This document shows positions 11,480 through 23,695 of a stretch of DNA of 64,000 bases, in pieces. Both the position numbers and the translations under genes were made by a program. The stretch is from Ectocarpus siliculosus (lineage: Eukaryota), in the NCBI GenBank assembly GCA_000310025.1, contig FN649726.1, positions 2,979,634 to 3,043,633 on the forward strand. Reading direction: 5' to 3'. The first letter of the stretch is position 1. The number at the start of each line of letters is the position of its first letter. Under the pieces are notes generated by a model. The model was not told the DNA's origin. It made no database searches and saw only the letters and a list, made by a program, of their open reading frames with translations.

Positions 11480-14400
11480 ATGCGAAGGCTTCTGCGAGAC
11501 GGGGTTGGCATCAACGAGATGCAAAAGAAGTACCTCTCCCTGTGCTATGTGAGTTTTTTTCCGACCGGTGGTGCCCTGGCTTCTGTGGCGACGGTACTGT
11601 CTATAAGTTTGTACAACGGTGATGAGAGCGTTTCTCTCATCTTTACGCGACTCAGGGTGCGTCGGTGTACAACCAACACCCGTGTTGACGTTCTTGGTTC
11701 TGTTTTCGTTTGATGTATTGCTACCCCCACGGGCAGTCGTACCCGATGGCTCTTCCTCCTGTTCGACCATTGACGACTCCGAGCGAGCGCACACCTTATC
11801 GCTTCATGCCAGAGTGCACGCCTCTCAAAACCACACCAAACTCGCACACGAATCGCACATAACCGACGACCACTGCCCCCCTTCTTCGTGCATGACTTGC
11901 TACGCCAACACGCCCACACCCTTTCGTTTTTTCTGCTGTGTGCATCAAAACCCCGGCCTTCGTCGTACATGCCCGCCCCAAAAGTCGGCCCGGTCGGCCG
12001 TACGGCCCAACAAGGACGTCGCGCAGAGCCTCGGCGGCGGCGAGCTGGTGTGGAACCTGACCGCCTGCGAGAAACAGGAGACTGCGGTCATCGCGTCGCT
12101 GCTCATGTGAGCGAGAGTTTGAGATTGAGGTGGACAATTGCATAAAACGCCCGATGAACGGTCTTGAGTGTTTTGCCGTGGGTTTGCCTGGAGATGGACC
12201 CCCTTCATCGCCTCTTCGTCGACGCCAAACGTGAACCGCCCTGTATTCACAGACAGGCGCTGGGGGTGTGCCTGAACCCTTTTGTGATAGGGGTCTTCAC
12301 AGTTTAGTTGGTGTCTTCTAGTGTACAGCGGTCCCGTGCAGCAAGCAGCATCGCCAGTGTTGCACAACCCGGAAACCGCAAAAAGTATTTCGAATGTGCA
12401 GCGCCAGCGCCGTACAATGCGGTGGCATCGCGGAGGGTGTCAAGCGCGGCAGTCCACCAGCGAGTCACACGGACAACAAAAAACACATTTACTAGAGACG
12501 GGAGCACGGCTGCAGAGCGTACAGGTTTCGTTTTTTGTGACATACCTACGAAACACGTCTCTGGCGTATAGCCACAGCCTTCCTTAACACGCCGCCCTCT
12601 GCCGGGACCCTTTTGTTCACGCATGCAGCAGCTGCGGGATTTTTCATCGTGCCGCGCACGCAAGCACATGATGACCCCCTCTTCCGTCCCAAACCCCGTG
12701 CTTCGCCCAGCCCCGCGCCGACCTTCACGCCTCGCCTAACCATGTTATTTTTCCGTAATGACGACACACAAACAGGACGAAGGAGGCGCGGATCGAGCTG
12801 CTCTCGCTTGTGATCAGCGCCCACGAGGCCGGCCGCTCGTCGTCCGTGCGAAAAAGGGCGGGCGCGGCGACGACCGGCAGGCGGGGATCGCTGGGGTCTC
12901 GCGGGGGAGGGTCGAGGGAGATGGCGATGGAGAGGGATCCGGTGGGGGAGGTGAGATACATTTTGGGGGGGGGAGGGGTTTTCTGGCAAAGATGAATTTG
13001 GCTCATCATAAAAAGAAGTTCTTTGAAGGCTGCTGCTAAACTCATTTCCCTTTGAGAAAGTAAATTTCAAGGCATGATAGTGCAAGAGGTAAGTTTTTGA
13101 TTTATAGAACATTTATAGACTAATTGTGCTTAGTCTCTAATTTCCAATTTATTTTAAAGAACAGAAACTATGCTGATAAGTTTTGCTTTGCCTAAATTTA
13201 CCAGTACCTGCCCGGGCGGCCGCTCGAAATCGAATTCCCGCGGCCGCCATGGCGGCCGGGAGAATGCGAANNNNNNNNNNNNNNNNNNNNNNNNNNNNNN
13301 NNNNNNNNNNNNNNNNNNNNNNNNNNNNNNNNNNNNNNNNNNNNNNNNNNNNNNNNNNNNNNNNNNNNNNGGCCGGTCGCACATTTTTTTTTCTTTCTTA
13401 ATATGCCACAATGAAACCATCTATATCATAGAGAAGAGTCGATGCCACAAGCTCCGTTCCGAGCTCGGATCCACTTTTGGGGGCCGGAGGGGGGGTGGAA
13501 AGTGCAAGGGATATACGGGCTTCCATGTGGACGAAGTTCTAGGATAGTCGTGTGGTACACAGGCTTCTGCTTTGATTCAGGGGGTTGATTTGGCGAGCGA
13601 GCCTACAGCAAGATTCTTTCCGTTCCGCTGCAAAGAACAGGAGTTCCTCCACAAAACGCTGGGTAGCTGTCTATTGCTGGGTTGCGTCCGCTGCTTGCGT
13701 TGTGTTGTTGTACTGCATGAGCACCCCGCCGATGTTGTTCGATGTTCGTAGTGTAGAGTATTTTACTCTTCGTTGGCGTTGTTTCGTTGTGTCGAACCCT
13801 CGGGAATGTCTTGCTTTAAGATAAATCTTTGGCTTGGCAAGAATTTCTCACACATGGAGAGAGAAGCAGCGCGTCGCGTCTGTTGAATCGCTCGTCACTT
13901 GCAATTATCGGAACTGTGCTCGGGCATCATTAGCCGTTTCGTGCGAACCATCTCCAGCGTCATGGCTTTGTGTGTGCGTTTTTGATCTGCAATTGAGCTG
14001 GGACCGCGACACGCGGGAGGAAGACATGAGAAGGAAATACGTGATGCTGACTGGTCTATCTAATCATGAATACTCCCGTCTTCGCGACAATGTGCTTTCT
14101 TTCCTCTCGCCTCCGTTCATATGGCGGGTGGTGCAGGTGGAGCTGTTCAACGCGCTGTGCAAGGCTCTACCGCAGTTAGAGGCTCTGAGAAGCCTGGAGC
14201 TGGAAGGGCTGAGGAAGTCTTTCGAAATGGTGGGTGGAATGGCTGACAGGGCTGCCCCAGAGCGCACCAATCGGGTTAAGTAAGAGGTACCAGAGTGCAT
14301 GTTTAGACGCGTGGTGTGTGGCACGATGGCTTGCGGCGCCGCTCTGCCGTGGGTCGTCCCTTCACCTTGTGTATCGCCGAAAATGCCGAAGGTGGCACGG

Positions 14401-17400
14401 CATACTGTCTGTACTCGCCAGTGGTTTGTCGCCGCCATATGTACCCCAGAGTGACCTATTTGTGGCTTGCCGCGTCTGTCTCCTACTATTTAGACGCCTA
14501 TGATGGTATCGGATGCATGCAAGCGGTTGCCAAATAGCTGGCACTCTGTGCGTGCCCTCGTTCATGAGCCCACCCGGAGTACCCTCGGAAAGACTACAAC
14601 AGCCCCGACAATTCCTTGCCCGTCCAAGCGGACGGGGTCTGTTTGCAGGGGCTTAGGTTCATCAGAGACCAAGGGATGTTGACTCAAGGCCCTTAGCATG
14701 CAGCCCTTTTGAGGCGGGGGGACGCCGTATCATATACCCCAGGGTCCCCGCAGATAAGTATCGGGTGCTGGGTATTGTACCTTAAACAGACTCCGTCGAA
14801 CGGCAGCTCTACTTCTAGCGTTTGGGAGTACTTTCCCTTCTGCTAACGAATACCCCATGCCTTTCGCCTCCGCCCGCCCGTACCGGCCCAACGACCAACA
14901 AACGACGGCGGCGCGCAAATTGTCGTATATAAAAAAAAACTCTTGCGCATGCAGTCCAAAGCGGGCGGCGGCGGGCCCGCCCGTCTCGCGAGGGGGCTCG
15001 CCAGAAACACGGGGCTCAAGTCCCTCGCCGTCCGCCACGTCCGCCTGACGGACTCGCGCGCCCTGGGCGCGCTGTCCACGGCCGTCAGCGTCCACCCTTC
15101 CCTAGTCGCCCTGTCCCTGCGGGGCTGCGGCCTCGTGGGCGAGGCGTCCGGCCGGCTGGTGTCCTCCGTCCTCAGGGCGCACGCGGCCCGGCGGGAGGGC
15201 CTGGTGTGGAGCGCCGGGCTGCGGCGGCCGACGGGGGTGGTGGGACACACGGCGGCCGCGGCCCCGGCGAGGATCTCGACGGCGGGGTGCCTGGCGGTGG
15301 ACCTGTCGGACAACCGCCTCGGCGACGCCGGGGTGCACGCCGTCGCGAGGGGCTTGCAGAGCGACACCTGGCTGGTGGGTTCGGGTTCGCTGTCAGTTTA
15401 GCGAAAAAGTCGGGATCACCACTGTTTGGTGGTACCGCTGTGTTCAACGCCATAAGCGTCTATTACGCACACGTCCATCTACATCCCGATAGGGAAATGC
15501 ATCGCTGGCTCATACTCACGTAACTTCATGTGCACTGGTGGCTCAAATCAACCTCCAAGTCGAGAAGTCGAGGCCGGTCGGCGTTGTAGATAGTTATAAT
15601 ATCCATTGGTGTGCTGTGTTCAGCGCCGCCAGCGTCGATTACGCACACGTTTACTAAATATGTGCACCATCCCGATAGGCAATTATCGCCTGCTTATGCT
15701 CAAGCAACGTGCTGTGCACTATCGTGGGCTGGTGGCTCGAATCGACCTCCCAAGTCAAGGCCGGTCGGCGGCGGTAGATAGTTACATGCGTGCTCACCCC
15801 TTTTCCCATCGCCCTGGTGTGTTCTTCGATTGTTTCCCCCCTTCACCGCCGCCAGCTGGGTGTGAACCTGGCGCGCAACGGGATCACCGACCACGGGGCG
15901 GCCCTGCTGTCGGTGTGCCTGCAGCACAACGCCACGCTGTGCGCCCTCGTCCTGGACGGAAACCCGGAGGTCGGGCACGGAGCGGAGAGGCGCATCACGG
16001 AGGAGCTGGAGACGAGGAGCATGATGCCGGAGGTAAGGACCGCCGAAACCAAACCTGCTGCGCGCGCGCCATTGTGTGTAAGGGGTGGGAGTAGGTTTTG
16101 TTTTACAGTGGGTGGTGCTTGTCGATTCAGGGCGTGTGTCTGCTGGGTGTGTGTAGCACGATGCCGTGCGTGGGGATGGCGTTAAGACAGCTAAAACTTC
16201 ACGCTTCGCTCACCTTTATATCGCTGAGTACGGTTCGTCGGTAGACCGGTTCCTCGGGGCTGAAGATCTATGTAGAACTGGGCTTACCTGCATGTGCGTT
16301 TCATCCTTGATGGTCTCCTTATTTATATCATACGGCAAATGACAGATCGTACGCCAACTTGCTGGGGACCTCCAAGTAGACGTAGGTCGCCATGGCTTAT
16401 CTTCCACTGCAATGTTTGCACGCGAACGGTATTCAATCATTCACTTGTCACAGGAGACACGGATGAAGCATGTGATAGACAGAGTAGCGGGTGACAACAT
16501 GCACTTGCGTGGGTGAGTGGTCTCGGCGGTAGAGTCGTGCGTGTGGCCGCAGCAGTGTTTTTCCCCGCGGCAACACCGCCAGCGTCCTCCCAAGCATTAA
16601 GAGAACCAGGTGTGCTTCGACCCCGTCCGGTCGGTGGTGAGACGATGCTGCTCATCTCTCGGACACCTATGGAGATGTTCTGAGAAAAACGTATGCATAC
16701 GACGTGCTCGTGCTACGAGAGATAGCTGTGTAGACGGAGAGAAATTTAGAGTGAGATGAATCTGAGGCACCTCTTGGCTTTGGTTCGTTCAGTTGCCTGG
16801 CGAGAAGTGAAATGACGCATACTTGCGCCAGATACTGTAGGATAGCGCTGCCTAGCCACGGAGAAGCGGAAAGTGTCCAAGACATCACAGAGAGTAGAAT
16901 AGAAACCCCTACCACGCAAAGCCTAAAGATCACAGATGTTTGGCAATCGCTTCTACAAAGGGTAATCTGTCTCTAAGTATCGATTCGACCAGGAGAAGGA
17001 TCAGTGCGCCCCCTCCCAAACTTCCAGATGCTGGCGAGCAACGACCAACACAAGAATATATCATCATGCCCTCGCCCCCCCCCCCCCCCCCCCCAACCCC
17101 CCCAAAAACCCCCCCTCCCCCCCCGGTCCCCCCCCCCAACCCCAATATAGCCTGCGGTTCGGCGCCCCCAAACCCCCCCAAAAAGGGCGCTCTTCAAAAA
17201 ACCCAGGGTGGCCCGAACCCGGCCTCCGGGGGGTTCCCGGCCCCCACGGGGGGCCACCCAAAATTTTCCCCCCCCACCCCGCCCCCCGGTGGAAGGGGCG
17301 GAAAAGGCTCGGGGGGGGCCCAAAATTCCCAAGAAAAATTTGGGGGGNNNNNNNNNNNNNNNNNNNNNNNNNNNNNNNNNNNNNNNNNNNNNNNNNNNNN

Positions 17401-18768
17401 NNNNNNNNNNNNNNNNNNNNNNNNNNNNNNNNNNNNNNNNNNNNNNNCCCCCCCCCCCCCCCCCCCGATCCCTCTCAATACCTCCGCGTCGCCCCCGGGT
17501 CACCTCCGCGACCTCTATCTTGGCTGCCGGTTCGTCGTCTCAAATCGCACCAAAACAGGCAGTTCTTGAAGAACCCGAGGTTGTCCTGACCCTGGCTTCG
17601 TGGGGTTTCTCGGCCCACACGGGCGTCGACCGAGACTTGTCGCCTCCGACCCGGCCAGCTGCTGCAGTGGCCGGAAGCGGCTCGGTGGTGTCCGAGATTT
17701 CTCAGGACAGTTTTGGCGGCGGCGGCGGCGGCAGCTTGGGCGGTGATGGGTTTGGGGGCGCTACCAGGAGGGGTGGCGCTGCTAGTAGCGCGATCGCGGC
17801 GATTCCCACCTCTGTCCAAGCTAAGGTACGTTTCGACGTACCTTTTAGCTCTTGTGTCCCAATCAAGTGTGTTGTGTGGAGATTTGAATGAGAACAAAGA
17901 GAGGGTGAGTTATCACCGTAACGGTGCGGGTGCTCCATTGCCCGTTTTTCCATGATCCTGTTCGAGCTGATAGCTGCCGTAGCCGTGTCTTTTTTACGTT
18001 TTGTACTCCCCGTGCGGGTGTCTCGTCGCGGTGCTTCGGAGACCATGCCGCCGAACGACGATCGCGTGCGGTCGATTGCGAAGGGCAAGGGGAAGGAAGA
18101 GGAGTACTTGTACTCAGAAATGGGAGTGGCGTGGTACATATCAGGGGGGGGCATCATATATCATCATCCAGGAAGATAAAAATGCAAGCCATCGTCACAT
18201 CATATGTCATCCAGGATTATAACAATGCAAGCCATTGTCGGGACTTCCTTCGACCACCGCGTACAAAGGCATTTACCTGCGAAACAGGAGACTGTCGCTG
18301 TCCGACTGCAAGGTGCCCACACACACGAATCGAACGAACATGTACGTCTACGGCCTATCTCAGAATCCACTCCCCCCCCACCCCTCCCGTGCGCCCCCGT
18401 CTTCCGGCTTCCCCCAGACACCCGCCGAACGCAAGGAAGAGATGGTGCGCGAATTCAGGCGATGGGCGGGGTATACCGCTTGCTCGATGCGGCGCCCCGG
18501 TTCCGACGGCATCGGCCTCGCAGACCCTTCAACGACAGAAGCAACGGCAACAGCGCCGCCAGCGTCGGGGCACGAGGGTGGCACGGTGGGTCGCCGGCCC
18601 GGACGGGGTCGGCGGAGCACCGCCGTTCTCCTGCGGGCAGAGAGTGGGGCGGGGGCGCCGGCCGCGGAAGCACCATCGGGAGGAGGCAGGCGAGAAGGCG
18701 CCGCCACAGGCAGCCGTGCCCATGCCCGGCCTCCTCGGGCACGGTCTCTTTCTTCCCGCTCGGCGGGG

Positions 18769-18800
<32 letters not shown>

Positions 18801-21530
18801 GACCCGCGCAACTGCTGGCTCAGACTGCAGCAGCGCAGGCGGCGGTCGGCTCGCGAAGAGGAACAAGTGGTCGGGGGGAGCTTGTTCTCCCGGGAGGGTG
18901 AGGGAGCGAGAACGGGAGCAAGCCCCGGGGCATGGGAAGAGGGCGGCCCTCCTCCGCGAGAAAAAGGCGCCGTGGGGGGCGGGGCCCGGAAAAGGCGAGG
19001 TTCGGGAGAGGACCCAGGCCTGGGCCAACGCCCACCTGGCGGATAGGACAGGGTGCTCAGGAGGATGCTCTTCTGTGGGCTCGGGCTCGTGGCGTAGCCG
19101 CGTGCGGTCCAGGAAGGGGCGCGTTTCGGCGAACGGTTGCTAAAGAGGGCACAAGGCCGGAAGGCGGGCGGCTAAGAGCGCCGCCGGCGGCGGGGGCGGC
19201 GGCGGTGGCGGTGGCGGCGGCGGCACCGGCCGGAGGCGCTCGGCGAGGAGAAGGATCAGCGCCGGCGGCGGCGGTGGGCGGGAGGAGGCCCCAGCGAACC
19301 CTGGCGAGCGCGGCAGCAGGGCGGAGATGGGGGCGCCCTCGGCGCTGGACGTGACGTGGGACGTCCTCGACGCCGACGGCTACCCGGAGCTTACCCCTCG
19401 GCGGAGGAAGGAACTCTTCCCGGTGGCGGAGACGGAGGCCGAGCGGCCTTCGCCGCCCGTCGGCAGGCAGGCCCGAGGAGGAGGAGGCGGAGGCGGTGGT
19501 GGTGGTGGTGGTGGTGGCAGGGGCGGGAGGACCGACAGGGTGGTGGACATGCTGGCGTCGCTGGAGAAGGCCGTCATGGACGTTTGCAAGGTGGATGGAC
19601 TGTTTTGTTGACTGCTGCTGTTTCGCCCCCCGTCGTTTGTGTGTGGTTCGGCGGTTGGTTTTTTGTGGTGTGAGGTGGTGTCATCTATTTCCGCGAGGAT
19701 GAAGGGGGCGCACGAAATGTCCCCCGCCTAAGTGGGTTTCGCAGGATGCATCGTCGGTGTGGTATTCTCTTTTGGTGTCATCAGGCTAACCGTTGACTAC
19801 GAGAAGTAGGAAGCGTTTGAGGGTGTTTGGTGGGAAACGGTTGTGGCAGGTCGGCACTGATACTGACTCTCCTCCAGAAGACCACCGCATGTGACGTGGT
19901 ATGAAATATGGACGCGACGTGTCCTGCGCACGGACGCACGGCACGAGGTCTTGAAAGCAGCGACGAGTGACCGCGGAACGGGGGCGCGTTGCCGGTCGCC
20001 CACCCCGCCTATTCCGAATGCCCTTGATCCATCGATATCGCTTTCAGGACATGTGGAGGCTCGAGGACAAGGTCGAGGGCTCCGAGCGATACACCGCTAG
20101 CCGGGGTTCGGAGCGAGTGACGGAGAGCTCGGTCGTTACGGGGGAGGGCTTGGGAAGAGAAGCAGACCAAGGTAAGACCGGCTGGACGTGTCACGAGAGA
20201 CGAAAGCGAGGGGGGGAGCCGCTGACCAGGGCTGTGCGTGGTCTCAGGGTAGGGCCGGGTGTTTCATGTTGATATCCCGCTTCTATACCTGCCGGTCGAA
20301 CGTTGCTCTCGCGTGCCTGGTCTGCGCACAAGGTCGTATCCCCTGAGGTGAAACACGATGCCCTGAGAATCCCGACCCCCCCCGCACCCTCTGTCAAGGA
20401 AAGACTGGCCATCGGCGATCGGTCCCGTACCGCCCTCTCGGGGGACGCGTGGTCAATGCGCTAACAGCCACGGCATGCACAACACGAGTACCCCCCCCCC
20501 CCCCACAGACCCCCGCGCCTGNNNNNNNNNNNNNNNNNNNNNNNNNNNNNNNNNNNNNNNNNNNNNNNNNNNNNNNNNNNNNNNNNNNNNNNNNNNNNNN
20601 NNNNNNNNNNNNNNNNNNNNNCGTGCCCAAACAGGCCCCCCCCCCCCCCCCCCCCCCCCCCGCTTTCTCTATCGTGTCATGTGCCGCGTCCGGTACCGTC
20701 ACGCTTTCACTCAGGTATTGACGGTATCGGCGTCGATGACGGCAGAGAGGAGGTCGCGGCGCAAGTCGAGGCCTACCTCAGCAAGATGTGGTGCGATGCC
20801 CCCGACGGCCCTTCCGATGGTGATGCCGGTGAAGGAAGCAACATCGGCATGGTCGGCAATGCCGCTCCCAGCCACAGACAAGAGAGAGAAGATGATCAGG
20901 AGGAGGAGGAGGATGGAGGAGGGGGAGGAGGAGGAGCAAGAAATCGGCATCCACGCGGCGTTGCTGCTGGGCGACGACGGTAGCGGTTCAGAGGACGACC
21001 TCGACGCCTACCGACGTTCGGAGTCGTTGGGGTGGGCGAGTGGGGAAGGGGAGGAGGAAGCGGCAGCACGAAGGAGGGGGCAAGGTGCGGGACGCCGGCA
21101 GCGACGGGATCAAGGTCGCGAGGAAGCCGAAGAGGATCTCGTGTATGCGCTGTGCGAGGAGGAAGAAGGGGAGGAGGAGGAGGAGGAGACGGGGAGTCTC
21201 GAGGCTGACCGTCCCGGCGTGCGAGGCGAGGACTGGCGAGCGCGGGAGCTAGAGGAAGATGGCGGCGGCGAGGGCGGGAAAGGGCGAAGGGGTCAGGAGG
21301 CGTCTTTGTTCGAAGCAGAGGGAGGCCAGGAGGAGGAGGAGGAGGAGGAGCGGGGGGGTGGGTCGAGCGTCGGGGAGACCCGTTCCGAACCGCTCGCCGA
21401 TGCTGCTTCCCCGCCGTCGCCGTCCCTAGACGACATGTTGCTCGTGGAGGATTTGGTAGGGCTGGGCGAGGAAGGGGGAGACGAAGGCAGCGAGGAGGGC
21501 ATGGAGGGCGGAGAGGGCACGAGTCGTTGA
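11480..21530 (+). CDS. CEP78: CEP78-like RNI-type leucine-rich-repeat centriolar protein; 3' region interrupted (TAA 19141-19143, apparent frameshift ~20910)
   Basis: Exons 11480-11548, 11985-12106, 12776-12950, 14137-14229, 14955-15374, 15856-16032, 17559-17825, ~18420-19589, ~20048-20171, ~20715-21530. CEP78-like hallmarks: N-terminal YLSLC...V.QSL..GEL; LRSLELEGL; HAARREGLVWSAGLR; VDLSDNRLGDAGVHAVARGLQSDTWLLGVNLARNGITDHGA...HNATLCALVLDGN. The start and 3' end are uncertain. Confidence 0.75.
13204..13270. other. Cloning contaminant: SSH adaptor plus pGEM-T Easy-type polylinker
   Basis: GT|ACCTGCCCGGGCGGCCGCTCGA is an RsaI junction plus the reverse complement of PCR-Select nested primer 1 (TCGAGCGGCCGCCCGGGCAGGT). 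It is followed by AATCGAATTCCCGCGGCCGCCATGGCGGCCGGGAG, right next to an N gap. Confidence 0.92.
15437..15785. repeat. Diverged tandem duplication (~170 bp x2), intronic
   Basis: GCTGTGTTCA.CGCC...ATTACGCACACGT...CATCCCGATAGG...TGTGCACT...GGTGGCTC.AATC.ACCTCC...AGGCCGGTCGGCG..GTAGATAGTTA occurs twice. Confidence 0.75.
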
Positions 21531-22690
21531 CTTCGATCCCAAAAAACGGAGGAGGCTTGGCCGCGCTTGTTGTGTGTCGAACAACTTAGAGGGGCGTCAA
21601 GGAGCGCGCGCGGGGAACAACGCTTGGCGACGAGGGTTAATTAGTTTAGTAGCGACGGCTGGGTCATACCCATTGCCCCTCTCTCTCCTCCCTCCTCCCT
21701 GCGCCTAGGTGTGCCGCTGGCTTCTCGTATTTTTTCGTTCGGTCTCCTGGTGCTTGTCCGCCTCTAACGATACGCCGCGGTGTCGGAGTCCTGGTTGGCA
21801 CAAGTTTTATCAGCAGTTACAACTTTCACCGGAAACGTACAAAGTGTACCATTAGTGTTTGCCTCTCTGTTGCGTCAGTACTGCACAGCGGACGGTGTAG
21901 ACTAGTGGTCTGCAGGCGGATACATATTAGGCGGTGTGTGGTATGGGTGTGACATCATGTATTCGCCGCATGTGGTTCTTCTCTTTTCAGCGGGGGTCTG
22001 TTGGGCAGTCTGACGAGTTATGTACGTAGGTCGGTAGAAGGATTTCCAAGAAGATAAATCACACACGCATCTCTTGGTCTCCATGAGATGCCGGGTAAGC
22101 CATGCTTATGGATGCAAGGCCTCCATGAGGCCGCAAGCTTCGTTCGTTGCCGATCGCCCACATGTCACACGCGGGCGCATCTTTGCCATAATCGGCATAT
22201 TTCTTCTTGGCGCGGTCGTTACCCAGCTCTTTTCCCGTCGTTGAGGCCTAAAGTGCTGGAACACGGCGTAGCGCATCAAAAAAGGACCTACTTTCTTCCC
22301 GTCGGCGCAACAAACAGAAGCCGCGAACGAACGAACTGATAGATGGACGGGGGCGGCGAGGAAGATACGTACCATATTACCTAACTACGACGCCAACGCC
22401 CAAAAAGGAAGGGGTGGGAGGAGCTAAATAGGCAACGATGAACACGACAAAGAAAGATACAAACTCCGAATAAACACGTAAACCAAATCTTCTTCTACTC
22501 TTTTGTAATCCCAATCTGTTGGCGACATTGTCTGTACAACTTTCCGTAGACGTTGCACACGAAACACAAAAAAAGATGTGCAAGCATTCAAAGGCGGCAC
22601 AGCAGCATGAAGCATTCAACAGCCCTGCGGAGGGGAGTCGGCCGGAGGGAGCGCGACCAATCGCCAACGGAATGGCGGCGTGTGTCGCGG

Positions 22691-23659
22691 TCACCGGCGG
22701 CGGGATGGCCCCTGGTTTCCATTCGCCGCTTCCTCCTTGGCCTCCTCCATCAGGTCGTCCATCTGAGAGCATACTCGCAACACCTCCTTCTTCGAACTTT
22801 CCTGGGGGGTCGAGGAACAGGGGTAGGGGGGAGGGTGTGTGTTTGTGCTCATGTTTTGCACGCCTTAGCGGTTAGACCACTCGCTGCACGTCCTCGAGAG
22901 GACGGAGCATTGTTCCTACAGGACCGATCACTGATGGCCACTCGTTTCTCGGAGGGTGTGTGGGGGGGGTAACGATTTAGCTTGATTGGTTGAAGGTATA
23001 CGTGAGAGTCCGGCCTACCAAAAGTGGCCAAAGCGAGTGCATGGGGTCAATACGAACGCGGGACTGCTACTGGTGGAAACTATTGTCAGCAATTGGCGTA
23101 GTCTGTTGTAGTCTTGGTCGCGGCTGACAAGGAAAAACAATGTTTGCAACAACAACGTCAAATTAGCACATGTGTATTTCGGTGACAAGCATGCAGTACA
23201 CTACAATCGCGAAGCGGCGGTTCCGTTTCCTGCGTGCATTGGGCCCCAGCCCCCCCGCCGCCGCACAAAAATATATATGTTTCGACCCAAGGCATAAAGA
23301 GCGAGGTACACGTTTCAACTTTCGTTTAACAAAAAAGAGACCCAACAACACCAACCAACCACCAAGCCTACCTGCAGTTCCCCCCCGATGAAGAGCTCGT
23401 CTAAGATGTAGTACGCCTTGTGGAAGTTGAAGATGATGTCTAGCTCGCAGACATTCCCGAAGTAACGGTCTAGCACCTCCACGAACAGGTGGATCTTCTC
23501 GAGGGTGATGAGCTCGTTGTCGTCCTGGTCTATGCACGCTACGAAAAACAGGGACGCATACCTAATATTGTTTCGATCGCCCACCACCACCGCATGTGGT
23601 TGGCGTTGAAGGTGGTTTGAATACCCGGTGTGTTGTGTGTGCGTGTCCCCAAATCATGC

Positions 23660-23695
<36 letters not shown>

